Positions 39,838 to 53,849 of a DNA stretch of 64,000 nt are shown here, piece by piece. Under the pieces are notes generated by a model that saw nothing but the letters and a program-made list of their open reading frames with translations, ran no database searches and had not been told where the DNA came from. The DNA is taken from NCBI RefSeq assembly GCF_018350175.1, contig NC_058368.1, forward strand, positions 27,654,001 to 27,718,000. The letters run 5' to 3'. Source of the stretch: Felis catus (taxonomy: Eukaryota). Position 1 is the stretch's first letter. Each line of letters starts with the position of its first letter. The position numbers and the translations under genes were made by a program.

Positions 39838-39879
39838 AAGACCCTATGTCTTCAAGCAACAACTTAAAATTATTGCCAT

Positions 39880-40155
39880 GCCCTCTCCTGCTTGCACTCT
39901 ATCTCTCTCAAAAATAAATAATAAACATTAAAAATTTTTTTTTAAAAAATGGGGCACCTGCGTGGCTCAGTCGGTTAAGCATCCAACTTCGGCTCGTGTT
40001 TCATGGGTTCGAGCCCCACCTTGGGCTCTGTGCTGATAACTCAGAGCCTGAAGCCTGCTTCGGATTCTGTGTCTCCCTTTCTCTCTGCCCCTCTCCTGTT
40101 GGCACTTTGTCTCTCTATTTCTCCCAAAAATAAATAATAAACATTAAAAAAAATT
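39880..40155 (+). mobile_element. 5'-truncated SINE with a second CanSINE in its tail
   Basis: TSD aaattattgccatgc at both ends. Confidence 0.85.
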
Positions 40156-40659
40156 TAAATTATTGCCATGCTCTTTTAAAAGATTATAAAAACTCGTCAA
40201 TCTTTCCAGTGTGAGCTGATAGGCAATGAAACATCCCTATCTGACTTCAACACCCATTCACAAACACCTTATAATGTCTTATCCTATTTATTAGTTTTTT
40301 AATGACCTAGAGAACATAATGTCATTTAATTATTTCATGCCAAACTAGATTCTAGCACCGGTCCTTGATGCCCTTACTCCTCATAATTCCCTATTTTTTC
40401 ACAAAATTTTATATTCCCTCACCCACTCCCAATAAGTTGTATTTTCAATACTCTCACATTTAATATAAAATAATTCAGTTTTTAAGTATGGAAGCGGATA
40501 AAACTGACCACTTCAATAAGCAAATAAGTGGAATTACTCATATTTCCTTCAACTTTTCTTCTGGATTGTTACATGTGGCACTCTGTCATTCTTTCAGTAT
40601 AAAGACCAGTACTAATGAAAGGCACACAATTTAGCCAACAACTGAAAGTCATACAAGTT

Positions 40660-40950
40660 GTTGAGGGAGTAACTCAATGAACAATCTCATGAACTGATGC
40701 TGGGAATGCAAATGGGGACAATCTGTCTTGAAAGTAATTTCAGCATAGGAATCAACAGCCTTAAATATATGCAAGACACTAGGCTCAGTAACTACAATTA
40801 GAAAAAATTACACTAAGAAAATAATCAGAGAGGTGCATAAAAACTTATATATGAGAATATTTATAACTGCACTATTCATAATATAAAAAGTTGGAAACAA
40901 TTAGAATACCCAACAACAGGGGATAATTAAATAAATTAGTGCATATGTAA
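40660..40950 (+). mobile_element. Old L1 (L1ME-like) ORF2 3' remnant
   Basis: tgctgggaatgcaaatggggacaatc...ttggaaacaattagaatacccaacaacagggga. Confidence 0.65.
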
Positions 40951-42019
40951 AACATGCACTGACCTATCTACTTACAAATAAACTTTAAAAACAAATTCTT
41001 CCTGGCACTCTCCAATAAAAACAAATGCACTGATCTCTGGCATCTCCCTTTTTATCCTTGCACTTAAGTTTGCACCCTGAGCATAAAAATGATCTTGCTG
41101 AATCTCTAGCTGGCCTCTTCTCTATCATGCACTCCTACAAGCTTTTATTACACTGACTTTAGAGGCCCTGGGCAAGTACTCCCTAAACTCTTAGATTACA
41201 CCTGATGTACACCTTACCTGCAACACTCTGTAGCTTTGCTTATTCTTCTTGCTTGGCAAATCATGCCACTTTCTAAAAGCTACTTTTACTCCCTTACAAG
41301 AACCTATTTTACTTTAGGCAACAATTTCTTAGAGTGGTAATACTCACAGCTTAAATTTCATTACACAGTATTCTTTTCTTCCTTTCTGAGTTAAGGTGAG
41401 ATAAAATTAACTCTGCTTCAAGGTTTAAGAATTTTAAACTATCCTGAAGCATCTGAAGACTCTGAAAATTACCACAAATATCAGGGCTATAAATCATTTC
41501 TTGGAGTTGGATTTCATCAATTTCCGATATCTAAATGATGAAGCAGCAATCTAATTTAGTGAAAAAGTCAAGGACTTCCAAAGTCAAAATTGGTTTCATA
41601 TTCTAGTCCTGCCACTTACTAGCTATATGACCTTGAGAACTCTTTGGTCCTCGGTTTTCTTATATGTAAGAAAAGTAGCATCTAACTTCACAGGGTTATG
41701 ATGAGAAATGGGACAATGTAATCACAGTGTTTAGTACTTAGCAGACATTAACTGTTAGTTTACTTCCTCCTTAACCATTTGCATGCACATCATGCACTCA
41801 GTACATTCATGCGTATCATACAGTTTTATCTTCTTTTCATACATGCAATGAATAAAAATAGAAAATATTACTAATATTATGGAAGCAGGAGGAGACAGGT
41901 ATGAAATTTTTCATTTTATAAAAGAACTTACATTTGAAAAGATTAAGAGGCAGTGTTTTGGGGCAAACAAATCTGGAAAAAACTTGTACTGGCCGAAAGT
42001 GAATTAAAAAAAAAAAACC

Positions 42020-42467
42020 TCCTTTATTTATTTTTAATGTTTATTTTTTTTTTAATTTTTTTTTTCAACGTTTATTTATTTTTGGGACAGAGAGAGACAG
42101 AGCATGAACGGGGCAGGGGCAGCGAGAGAGGGAGACACAGAATCGGAAACAGGCTCCAGGCTCTGAGCCATCAGCCCAGAGCCGGACGCGGGGCTCGAAC
42201 TCACGGACCGCGAGATCGTGACCTGGCTGAAGTCGGACGCTTAACCGACTGCACCACCCAGGCGCCCCTTAATGTTTATTTTTGAGAGAGAGAGACAGAG
42301 TGTGAGTGGGGGTGGGACAGAGAGAGAGGGAGACACAGAATCCGAACCAGGCTCCAGGCTCTGAGCTGTTAGCACAGAGCCCAACAAAGGGCTCAAACTC
42401 ACGAAATATGAGATCACGACCTGAGCTGAAGTCAGATGCTTAACAACTGAACCACCCAGGCGCCCCC
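42020..42467 (-). mobile_element. CanSINE with a young SINE (about 42045-42268) nested in its tail
   Basis: ttaatgtttattttt duplicated around the young copy. Confidence 0.92.
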
Positions 42468-42558
42468 AAAAGTGAAAAAGTAATCCTCTACAAAATCTCA
42501 GAGTCAAAAACTCTATGATACCAATATAGACAACTTTATTATCAGAAATAGATGTGTT

Positions 42559-42716
42559 AGGGGCACCTGGGTGGCTCAGTTGGTTAAGCATCCAACTTTA
42601 GCTCAGGTCATGATCTCACGGTTTTTGAGTTCAAGCCCTGCATTGGGCTCTGTGCTGACAGCTCAGAGCCTGGAGCCTGCTTCAGATTCTGTGTCTCCCT
42701 CTCTCTCTGCCCCTAC

Positions 42717-42783
<67 letters not shown>

Positions 42784-42815
42784 AAAAATAAATATTTTTT
42801 AAAAATTAAAAAAAA
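42559..42815 (+). mobile_element. CanSINE with expanded (CT)n
   Basis: TSD agaaatagatgtgtt; (CT)n at about 42721-42784. Confidence 0.93.
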
Positions 42816-43025
42816 AGAAATAGATGTGTTGACACTTAGAAATGAGAATGAATGAGTCAACAGTTCTAAACTACATGATATTCCATGTAGTTTAAATAGA
42901 ATAGTACAAGTTTTCCAGAATGGAGGGAAAGGCTGAAACGGGCTACCCTGAATCAGTTAAAGGAATATACAAACTGGGTATCAATTCAGAGCCTTTTTTA
43001 AAACTTCTATTTAAAATTCTTCACA

Positions 43026-43635
43026 GGGGTGCCTGGGTGGCTCAGTCGCTTAAGCGTCCGACTCTTGATCTCAGCTCAGGTCTTGATCTCAGGGTCATGA
43101 GTTCAAGCCACACATTGGAAAAGGGGTGTCAGTTGAGTGTCTGACTCTTGATTTCAGCTCAGGTCATGATTGCAGGGTTGTAGGATCGAGCCCTGCATCA
43201 GACTCCATGCTGAGTGTGGAGCCTGCTTAAGATTCTCTCTCTCCATCTGCCCCTCTCCCCTACTTGCATGCTCTCTCTTTAAAATAAAAAAATAAATAAA
43301 AATAAAAGATTCTCTCTCTCTCTCTCCCTCCCTCTGTCCCTCTCCCCTGCTCATGTTCTCTCTCTTTAAAAAAAAAAAATAGGGGCGCCTGGGTGGCGCA
43401 GTCGGTTAAGTGTCCGACTTCAGCCAGGTCACGATCTCGCCGTCCGTGAGTTCGAGCCCCGCGTCGGGCTCTGGGCTGATGGCTCAGAGCCTGGAGCCTG
43501 TTTCCGATTCTGTGTCTCCCTCTCTCTCTGCCCCTCCCCCGTTCATGCTCTGTCTCTCTCTGTCCCAAAAATAAATAAACGTTGAAAAAAAAAATTAAAA
43601 AAAATAATAATAAATAAATAAATAAATAAATAAAT
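43026..43635 (+). mobile_element. Stack of CanSINE pieces: short SINE, older SINE, extra SINE 3' end, young SINE (43382-43635)
   Basis: Successive heads and tails directly visible. Confidence 0.88.
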
Positions 43636-43854
43636 CTACTCTTTAAAAATCTACTAATTTTACAAAAACCATATATTTAGAAATATTATTAAATACTATA
43701 TAGTAATAAAGTTTTTGGTGAATAAAACTGTAACATCATTGTATGTAGGCAGTATTTGAGGGGAAAAGTGCTGTTTGTAGTACCATCTGTAACTGATTTC
43801 ATGGCTGGCTTAGTTCTTATCTCCTCAGTTCTATATGCCTGCTATACAAAACTA

Positions 43855-44051
43855 ATTTTTTAATGTTTATTTATTTTTGAGGGAGAGAGACAGCATGACG
43901 GGGGAAGGGGTAGAGAGAGGAGGACAGAAGATCCAAAGTGGGCCGTGCGCTGACAGCAGAAGTCGGATGTGGGCTCGAACTAACAAACCAGGAGAATATG
44001 ACCTGAGCAGAAGTCGGACGTTTTAACCGACTGAGCCACCCAGGCACCCCC
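43855..44051 (-). mobile_element. CanSINE
   Basis: TSD caaaactaattttt / caaaactatttttt. Confidence 0.88.
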
Positions 44052-44268
44052 AAAACTATTTTTTCAGTTGTGATGGTGATGATAGTTATTGTGAAATTCC
44101 AGAGATACCAAAAGGAAGTGGAATTATTCTCTGGAAGACCATAATAAATTACTTAGAGGAATATGTGATATTTTACCATATCCCTGGACATAGGCACTTC
44201 TGTTCACTGACCTGGTAAAACTATAACAAACTTGAAATATAATGATAAATACAGAACAATTGATGAAT

Positions 44269-44309
<41 letters not shown>

Positions 44310-44569
44310 TTCACAATCCCCTGACACTCTCTGTTGGCAGATATTGAAAAACAAAAATAAAGCCAAACCAACAAAGCAAAAAAGTGCATTGCTGAAGCTA
44401 TAGGAGAAATGCCACATTCTCTAGTGGACTAAAAGCAAAGCCACTTACTCCAAGACAAGGAAATCTTTTACTATCATACTTCATCAGCTACACAAGAGGA
44501 AGATAAGGAAAATGGGGACAAGTTGGGTAAGAGGATAAAAATGAAACTATTAGGATCCAGAGTTGTGAC

Positions 44570-45530
44570 CCAGAATGAAGTTTCCCATGAGATAAAATGT
44601 TATACACACAAGGCTTCTAAGAGAAATGGCTGATTCTAGGACAGGGGCAAGAAATATACAAAATAAGCCTAGAACGCCTTATAGTGCCAGAAGTAAGGAA
44701 GTGCTCAAAAAAACTCCACAATAATGGGGTATGTCAAAGGTATATGGGAACCAACTGAAAGAGATACCAAGCCGAAGGAAGAATAATTTAAACAACAAAA
44801 TAAACAATACTGTTATAACCCAAAGTATAAATATCCATGAATCCAGGCCAATATAAATACATGATGGAATAAATAAATAAATGGGGGAGAAGAGACAAAT
44901 CTCCTGTGCAGAAAAATTCCAAGTACTTTCATAAAGAACTCCACCCTCAAGGAGGGGAAGCATAACTCCCTACTCCTTAAATGTAGGCCATACATAGTGA
45001 CTTCCTTCCAAAAAGTCCAGTAGGGGAAGGGAAAGGGGAAAAAACAGCTAACTTTACAGTGGAGAAACCAGACAAATCCTACGTCATCAGATTAGTTCAA
45101 GGAGAACCTAAATAGTGAGAAATCATGTTTCTAGTACGTGCCTTCCATATGGACAAATTCCAGTGGAGGGGCACTACAAAATATCGGAATAGCATTCCTC
45201 AAATCTGTCAGGCGCATCAAAAACAAGGCAAGTCTGAGAAACTGTCGGCCAAGAGGAGCCAAAAGAGACATGAAAACTACATGTAATGTGATCTCCTGGA
45301 TGAGATCCTGGAATACATTAGAAGGGCTGTAGGTAAAAACCAAGAGATTCTGAATAAAGTAGGGACTCTGGTTAATAATGTATGAAGCAACAATGGCTTG
45401 TTAATTACAAGAAATGTACCATACTAACACAAGATGTTAAAAGGGGAAACTGAGTGTGGGTACATGGATATTCTGTGTGCTCTCTTCTCACTTTTCTGTA
45501 AATCTAAAACTGTAGTTGAAAAAACATCTA
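44570..45530 (+). mobile_element. L1MC/MD-like 3' region
   Basis: agagaaatggctgattctaggacagggg, gtgacttccttccaaa, cttttctgtaaatctaaaactg. Confidence 0.75.
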
Positions 45531-45816
45531 ATTTTAAAAGAAAAAAAATGTTATATGTGATTAGATTTTCACGAGAGCTAATAATGTTTATTGAATCCCT
45601 AACAGCATTTAGATAACATTCAGAGCACATAAGACAGTGAAAATGGAGTTCCTGAAATACTCTGTCTTACGCTGTGAGTTACATAGACCTGTGGGCTAAG
45701 GGAATGCACACCATTTATAAACTAGTGTTTGGTAACACTGCTTGTAGGAGACTATGCTTTCAAATTTCTCACATCTGTGAAATTCAAATCACCTTACAGC
45801 TGAAAATAGATAAGAG

Positions 45817-46301
45817 TGTGTTGGTCCCAGACCTGTTTGCATTCACTGATCCATTTCCCAGCTTTTCCCTACTCTGTTCTTTTGGGAGGAGAGCTGAGTC
45901 CTGCAGGCTCCTGTGTCACCTGGCTCCAGTTGAGTCTGATGAATGGGGCTCAATGGTGGGAGACAGGAGGGTGGGAAAAAAGGGAAGTCCACGGTATTTC
46001 TCCCCTTTCCTCTGCCTTGTAGCAGCAGCTCTCGCAGCAGCCGCGTCCCGAGGCTCCAGCTCCCTCCTGCACAGACCCCCACGGTCTAGTTACAGAACAG
46101 TGGTTATGAAAACACCTCTTCCTTTTGACCCTGCAGCCGGAGAGCGCTAGTGGCTTTTTCCTGTTCTCAGCCTCTGCACTGCCTCACAATCCCATCTTCT
46201 CAACAACTCCTTCACCTGTAAAACCAACTCTCTACATTCCATTTCCTTTGTTTTACATAATTTAAATATGTCTGTTTTCCTAGTTAGACCTTGAGGACAC
46301 A
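45817..46301 (+). mobile_element. LTR33-like ERVL LTR
   Basis: tgtgttggt start; ccttcacctgta...tctgttttcctagttagacct...gacaca end. Confidence 0.6.
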
Positions 46302-46368
46302 GACAGGTTGAAGGGCAATGGGGATGGAATATATTTTGAGTAAAAGCAGAGTAAAGAAAGCAGAATTC

Positions 46369-46585
46369 CGGGGTGCCTGGGTGGCTCAGTTGGTTAAGCG
46401 ACTGACTTCGGCTCACGTCACGATCTTGCAGCTCATGAGTTCGAGCCTCATGTCGGGCTCGGTGCTGACAGCTCAGAGCCTGGAGACTGCTTCGGATTCT
46501 GTGTCTCCCTCGCTCTCTGCCCCCCTCCTGCTCATGCTCTGGCTCTCTCTCAAAAATAAATAAACATTAAAAAGAAAAGAAAACA
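46369..46585 (+). mobile_element. CanSINE
   Basis: Full body; TSD aaagcagaa. Confidence 0.92.
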
Positions 46586-47400
46586 AAGCAGAACACCTTT
46601 GGAGCTCATCCACACATCAACTGTGTGGCCCTGGGCAAATTATTTCACTGCTTTGAGCTTTGATTCGTTCATCCATCAGTGGGGGATTATAACAGTATCT
46701 ACGTTTCACAGGGTTATTACATGCACTAAATTGGTTCATGCATTTAAAGAACTAGCCTAATACCTGGTACAAAACATTTAGCTACCGCCACTATTACAGC
46801 TGCCATTACGGCTTCTAGACTCCAGAGGACTGTCCACTGTAATACAATCTTAACTGGTCTTGCCCTCTTCTCTTGCTTCTCTATCCTCTACCCTTCTTGA
46901 ACAATGCCCTAGGCTTTATCTTCCTGAAGCCCACTACTGATCACACAGCTCCTACAAAACTGCAACAGCCTATAGATAAGGTACTCGTTCCTTAACCTGC
47001 CACTCAGGTATATCCACAATCTTATCCCAACATATTTTCCCTTATTTTTCCCCCCTTAATATAAGCTACAGTTGGTTTTCTCTCTTTCTAGCTTCTCTTG
47101 AAAAATGAGATATTTTTCAAGGCTCTTGAGGAGAAACCCATGTTTGATTCATCTTTGTACTTACTACAGCACTTAGCCTCAGTACTTTACCTAATAAAAT
47201 GGGACTCCGTATCTCACATTTAGGTAGTTTTGCTTTTGTCTCTCTTGCCCGAAGAGACATATCTAAAACATGTTGCTAAGGCCAATATCAAAGAAATTGC
47301 TGCCCATGTTTTCTCTTCTAGGAGTTTTAAAGTAGGACAGCACTTAATAGAATCGGTCTTGCATTAGGTATTTAAATTTGATCCAATTTACCTTCTCGAG

Positions 47401-47638
47401 CAGTGACAGGCAAACTGAAAGCCCACAGGCCAAATGCGGCCCTCCAACTATTTTGTTGGATAAATAAAATAAAGTTTTATTGGAATAGTTTTTTTTGGAA
47501 CACAGCCACATTTATGGATTATCTATGGCTACTTTTTGCTTTACAATGGCAGAGTTCGGTAGTGTAGTAGAGACCCTATGGCCTGCAAAGCCTAAAATAC
47601 TATTTAGCCCTCTACAAAATAAATTTGCTGACATCCGT
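47401..47638. mobile_element. MER58A-like hAT-Charlie MITE
   Basis: ggcaaact...aaagttttattggaa...cacagccac...tggcctgcaaagcctaaaata...tttgctgac. Confidence 0.8.
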
Positions 47639-47721
47639 CCTTGAGAGTGGCAATCCTGGTTTATCCACATCCTCCCCACAGACATCTAGTATATAGCTTC
47701 CATATATTTGGTGTTCAAAAA

Positions 47722-47946
47722 AAATTTTTTTTAATTTTTTTTAACGTTTATTTATTTTTGAGACAGAGAGAGACAGAGCATGAACGGGGGAGGGGCAGAG
47801 AGAGAGGGAGACACAGAATCGGAAGCAGGCTCCAGCCTCTGAGCCATCAGCCCAGAGCCCGACACGGGGCTTGAACTCACGGACTGCAAGATCGTGACCT
47901 GAGCTGAAGTCGGACGCTTAACCGACTGAGCCACCCAGGTGCCCCC
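47722..47946 (-). mobile_element. CanSINE
   Basis: Full body; T tail. Confidence 0.92.
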
Positions 47947-49199
47947 AAAATTTTTTTAATTAAACTGAATTGACAAACTTTAAAAACAGAGTTGGAGACT
48001 GTGTTATTGGAGGTTAATAAGCAATAAAATTACCAAAACCTAGAAAAGCACATCAGAAGTCAGAGTATTATGTATACTCTGATTATACATACTATTACTT
48101 ATATTTTAGCCCTCTCTTTACCATTAAAAAGTGAAACAAGAGAGTCTCATTTATCTTATTCTTTTTTATTCCTTAGGGCTATCAGTTCATAATTCTATAA
48201 AACATTTCTCTCATCTTCTATTTTTTTCCTATCCAGTTGTTTTCATTCAATTGCTAATTTAAACATTCAATAAAAATTTATGGAGCAGTAACCAGGTTAC
48301 TGGTACTATGTTGAGAGCTGAGAGAATGAGGATCCTTAAAACTTGGTCCCTGCCTATGAAGGCTATCTAATCTTAGTTTAAAAGACATATTTCAAAAAGG
48401 AGAAGCACTATTTAAATACCAGCAAATCAACAAGTGGGTCAAGTCTGGTATCTATTACTGTCACCTAATTTCAAATCTTCACCAGAAAAAAAACAAACAA
48501 AAAAACCAAACAAACCAAAAAATTTAAATGTTCCACTACTATGAATCCCAAGTATTTCTGAAAATTGGGAAAACAGCTCACTCCGTCACAACTGCCACTG
48601 CTGGGGGAGGGGAAAAAGAGCATCAAATTTGTTTACTAATTCCCTAAGGCATTTTATTCTTCCAAAACAGCATAAGCAGTAAATAACCTTCTCAATAAAT
48701 ATAAATTGCCTGAAAGTGTTATAAAATGCTGAAACTTGTATGGAGACTATAACACTTAAGTTCAAGATAGACAATAGCTGTACCAGTGGGAAATTAAGAA
48801 GGAAAAAAATCATTCTGCCTCAGGAAGAGGCAGAACTGGCGATGCAGAGAGTAAAGATGGAGACTATTCACTCATACCACAAATATTTATCTAGCATTTA
48901 CCATATACATATACAAACATTTACTCAGCATGCACCAGGCCCGGTGCTAAGTAAGACAAAGACTCCTGTTCTCCCTCAGAGGCTAACATAAAGGAGAAAT
49001 CCTACAGAAAAAACACATTCATCAATGTCAGAATCAAACATTCATGTTTAAGTCACTCAACAGTAATAAAGTTAATAGCTGTTCATTTAATAAACAATTA
49101 AGTGACTACCCTGGGTCAATTACAGTGCAATCACAGAAGCATAAAAAAGTTCTGGCTCAGAAGACTTCACAGCCTGGGTGCTTATACAAAGATGAATAA

Positions 49200-49406
49200 C
49201 TTTTTAAAGTTTATTTATGTATTTTGAGAGAGAGTGCACATGCAGAGAGAAGGGGCATAGAAAGAGAGGGAGAGAGAGAATCCCAAGCAGGCTCTGCACT
49301 GTCAGCATAGAGTCCACCACAGGGCTTGAACTCAAACTGTGAGGTCATGACCTGAGCCGAAATCAAGAGTCGGATGCTTAACTGACTGAGCCACCCCAGC
49401 ACCCCA
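49200..49406 (-). mobile_element. CanSINE
   Basis: TSD gatgaataactttt / gatgaataatttt. Confidence 0.9.
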
Positions 49407-51159
49407 ACGATGAATAATTTTGATATATGAAATATTTCAAAAAACTGTACAACTTTCTGAGGAAGTACACAAGAGGAAACATTACTAGGGAGAGGGAACT
49501 TGAGTCAGGCAAGGCTTCACATCAGTAACCTGAGTCTCACAAAATGAACAGGAGTTTCCCAGGCAAAGAATTTCAGACAGAGGAGAAAACCACACCAAGT
49601 GAAGTCAGAGCACAGGGTACAGTGCAGTGTGGGGAATGGAAAATAGGGTTGGGGTGAGTTGTTTGGGGGTCAGTTGATAGAAAGCCCTGTATACCACCCT
49701 GAGGAAAGTTTGGACCATGGTACACTTATAAAAAGGTTATAAAAATAACTGATGGCAGTGTGAAGTTTAAAAAGGATAAAGTACCAGAAGCCAAGAGGAC
49801 TGTTTTTTAAAGGCTATTACAATAGGCCAGGGGAGAGATGATAAAGACTAACAGAATAGCAGTGGCAAGGTCAGAGAAAGAAATCAGAGATCAGGGTAAC
49901 GGACTAACAGAAGAAACCTGGAGATCGAGAAGAAACCAGAATTGATAATGGCATTGTTCACGACAGGGGAAAGAAGAGAATCAGCTCGTATGGGGAGAGA
50001 ACATAATAAGCTACATTTTAGGCAGCTGAAGTTTGTATTTGTGTTTGTAGGACTCAGTGGTGAGACAAGTGGAAATTCTTATTAACTCCATTCACTGAGA
50101 GAATAGTTCTCATTCCTTCCCATTCCAGAGTAACATTTATTCATTCAGCAATTTCTTCTTGGAAAGCTTATCACATATCAGGCACCATTATAAATGCTGG
50201 AAAAACACAGACAGCAAGCAAAGTCCCTGCCCATGGAGCTTAGATTTCAGCCTCCTCTTATCATATAAAGTTAACCTCCGCTTATGATAACAGTGAGGGA
50301 AAAAATCAGATAAAATTAAAAATATGGGTATACAATATGTAAGTCATGTGATTTCTTCAAAGGGAAGCTTCAAGGTAAACATTTTAAATCAAATTGCAAT
50401 GAAAAATACTAGAAGTGATTTGTTTTGGTAGTAAGTAGTTAATGACTTACATGTTTGATAGGTTTTCGTTTCCAAGCTGGCCTATACTGAAATGTGTATG
50501 TGGCTAATTACATGTTACACTATGCTACTGACACTAGGAGTTACGCTTTTTGGGAAAGTACTGAAAACTGAAGGCTATCATTTCATACAAACCGGGTTTT
50601 TTTCAAAATGCTTTAAAAACTGGTAATATTCTTTCCTCACATTCAAGTTTCTTCTCTACTTTTTCATAAGAATCAGTTTTGCTACAAAGCAAAATCTGAC
50701 CATGACCTCTATTAAAGAATTAATTTTAAGCTACTATTTTATTCAAGGTATGACACAGGTATTTTTGCCTGTATTTTTATCTTTTTAATCTCCTAAACTG
50801 GTTATTGCACATTAATTCCTAGTCTCTAAAGGGAAGTTTACCTGAGAAAGAGTTATTTAACATCTACAGCTGCTTTAGTATATTTCAACAACTTTAAAAT
50901 ATATTGGATCTTTTTAAGAAACAATGTAAAAAATTTCTTCTTCAACTCCTTGATATTTTATTTTTTACTATTTTATTTCCTAAGATTACCCACATGTCCC
51001 ACTCCTGGGTTGTTTCTTTTTTCCTAACACTTACTCTTTGTCAGCTTCCCATCACTTTCAGTACTTCCAAGCTCTCCCAAAATTATTACTATCAGTTCTC
51101 TTATCTTCGAACACATCATTGGTCATTACCTGGGCCAATGATTCCAACAGAAGCAGAAC

Positions 51160-52340
51160 AGATCCTTAGGGACATTTTGAAAATCTGTGAGGACCTTTTG
51201 GTTGTCACAATCATTTGGATAGGACGGAGGGTATTTGGTGGATGGGGAACTATTCATCCTAGAAGTCCTAAAATGTGTAAGACAACCCTGTATAACAGAG
51301 AACTGTCTGCATCCCTCAGGATTTTAAAAGATCTGCTGGGCATTAAGTAGGTGAAAAGTTTATTTATGATCATCTTAGTCTAAACTTTTATAATATAGTA
51401 TATATAAAACATATCATTTTTGTGCTATTTAAAAAAATTTTTTTTAACGTTTATTTATTTATTGGCACAGAGAGAGACAGAGCATGAACGGGGGAGGGGC
51501 AGAGAGAGAGGGAGACACAGAATCAGAAGCACGCTCCAGGCTCTGAGCCATCAGCCCAGAGCCCGACGCGGGGCCGGAACTCACGGACCGCGAGATCGTG
51601 ACCTGAGCCGAAGTTGGAGGCTCAACCGACTGAGCCACCCAGGCGCCCCATTTTTGTGCTATTTTAAAGAAGACCAAATTTTTCAGAAGTGCAACTATTA
51701 TTTATGTAAATTGAGGGAAGTATCCACTTTGTTGTGTTCAAAATTTTACCAAACATTGTTAACAATTTGGGAAAAATCAGTTTGTCAATGATGATGGCCC
51801 TTACGGTATCTGAAATGCCAGAATGCATGTGAAATCAGTCTGCATTTATAGTTGTCACATTCATAGTGATTCTTTGCAATATGCCAGCAATTGATTACTT
51901 CATTTTATCTTCTAATATAATCATGTCTGAGCATTTACATACCTAAATAGCAAACCTGTTATTTTCTAATAAAATATTTCACCTTTATGTATCAGTTAAA
52001 GCACTACATTGGTTGTTTTTTTTTTTTAATTGATTTATTTTGAGAGAAGGGGAGGGAGGGAAGGAGGGAGAGAGAGCGAAGACCGAATCCCAAGCAGGCT
52101 CTGTGATGTCAGTGCAGAGTCCTACGCGGGGCTTGATCTAACGAACCCGTGCAATCATGACCTAATCTGAAAACAAGAGTGAGACGCCACTTAACCAACT
52201 GAGCCACCCAGGTGCCCTGCACTGCGTTGACTTTTAAAAGTTATTTTTATGAGTATATTTCAATGTCTATGATGATCATTTTAGGATATTACAGAAGACT
52301 TTACAAAATATTTATTGTAAAAAAGGGGGCACTAGGTAGG
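51160..52340. mobile_element. MER20B/Charlie-like DNA transposon remnant containing two minus-strand CanSINEs (51432-51649; 52016-52217)
   Basis: gggacattttg...ggttgtcacaat motif; SINE TSD catttttgtgctattt. Confidence 0.55.
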
Positions 52341-52722
52341 ACAGGAATCACTTTAGAATCACTGGCCCACACTTTAGCCTTCACGTGCCTGGCCTACTGA
52401 AGACATCTAACTGACATCTTAAATTCTACACATACCCTCTTCCAAATGAAGTACCTACAGATGTGAAAGATCACCAATATTACTTCTATCTTCAAAATAC
52501 CAGAGCTGCCAACTGCCTTGCAAGTCGGTCCAGTACTGAGATTTCTACAATTCTCCATAAAGAGATTCCTCTACCTAAGAACTTACCCGGTCTACATCAC
52601 AGACTGAATATTACCCTCAAAAAGCCTTATTTCTAAGAAGTCAGCAAGTCACGGTGGAAGGGTAGAGGGAATCCTAGGTCTGCCCCTTACTTATTATGAC
52701 AATGATCCTGGGTAAGTTACCA

Positions 52723-52927
52723 CTTTTTTTTTTTAATGTTTTTATTTATTTTTGAGACAGAGAGAGACAGAGCATGAGCAGGGGAGGGGCAGACACAGAA
52801 TCTGAAGCAGGCTCCAGGCTCTGAGCTGTCAGCACAAAGCCCGACGCGGGACTCGAACTCACAAACCGTGAGATCATGACCTGAGCTGAAGTCGGACACT
52901 TAACCGACTGAGCCACCCAGGCGCCCC
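52723..52927 (-). mobile_element. CanSINE inserted in a MIR
   Basis: TSD ttaccacttt; flanks read gggtaagttac...ctgaatctcctcatttcttaaatg (MIR-like). Confidence 0.9.
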
Positions 52928-53324
52928 TACTTACCACTTTCTGAATCTCCTCATTTCTTAAATGAGAAAAAGAACCTTCCTCCCAAGGTTGTGGTATGAA
53001 ATGACTCAAACAAGTAAGAGCTCAGAGCTTACTACTTCAAACTTTCACCTGTTTTGTTTACTCACCTATCCCAAGGCCTTAGAATAATAACTGGCACCTA
53101 GCAGTATTCAAGAAATGTCTGTTGAATGAAAACACATTGCTTCCGGAAACCTTCCCAGGCAAGCCCAATCTGACCGCTCCAGAAATGTATCAGTTAATCA
53201 AGGAAGGATAACTGAGTGCCCACAAAGTGAGCGGTTACTAGAAGAAAATCCCCAGTCCCTGCTCTTAGGAAACTTAGAAAAATACCGGAAAACGACAGGT
53301 CAACATAAAAAATGTCACAGTACA

Positions 53325-53545
53325 GGGGCGCCTGGGTGGCGCAGTCGGTTAAGCATCCGACTTCAGCCAGGTCACGATCTCGCGGTCCGTGGGTTCGAGC
53401 CCCGCGTCGGGCTCTGGGCTGATGGCTCAGAGCCTGGAGCCTGTTTCCGATTCTGTGTCTCCCTCTCTCTCTGCCCCTCCCCCGTTCATGCTCTGTCTCT
53501 CTCTGTCCCAAAAATAAATAAACGTTGAAAAAAAAAATTAAGAAA
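53325..53545 (+). mobile_element. Young cat-type CanSINE
   Basis: Perfect TSD aaaaaatgtcacagtacag. Confidence 0.95.
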
Positions 53546-53849
53546 AAAATGTCACAGTACAGTAGTCAACAAAGGGTATGGGACAGTTAAGTGCTGTGCA
53601 TCTAAAGGCAAGGTCTACATCACGGCAGGCTGGCACAGCATGGAATGCCACGTGAAAAAGAAACAAAACAGCCATGTTTCTAGACTTCTTCCACTCTTCT
53701 TACACAAAGCCTGAGAGAACTCTACAACAGCCAAACCTGTCACTTCTCTGCTTAAAGCTCATCAAAATGGTATCACTGCCCTCAGGATATCCTAACTTGT
53801 TCACGTGTTTTATCAGATACTTCGCATGTTCTAGCCCCCACTTATATCT

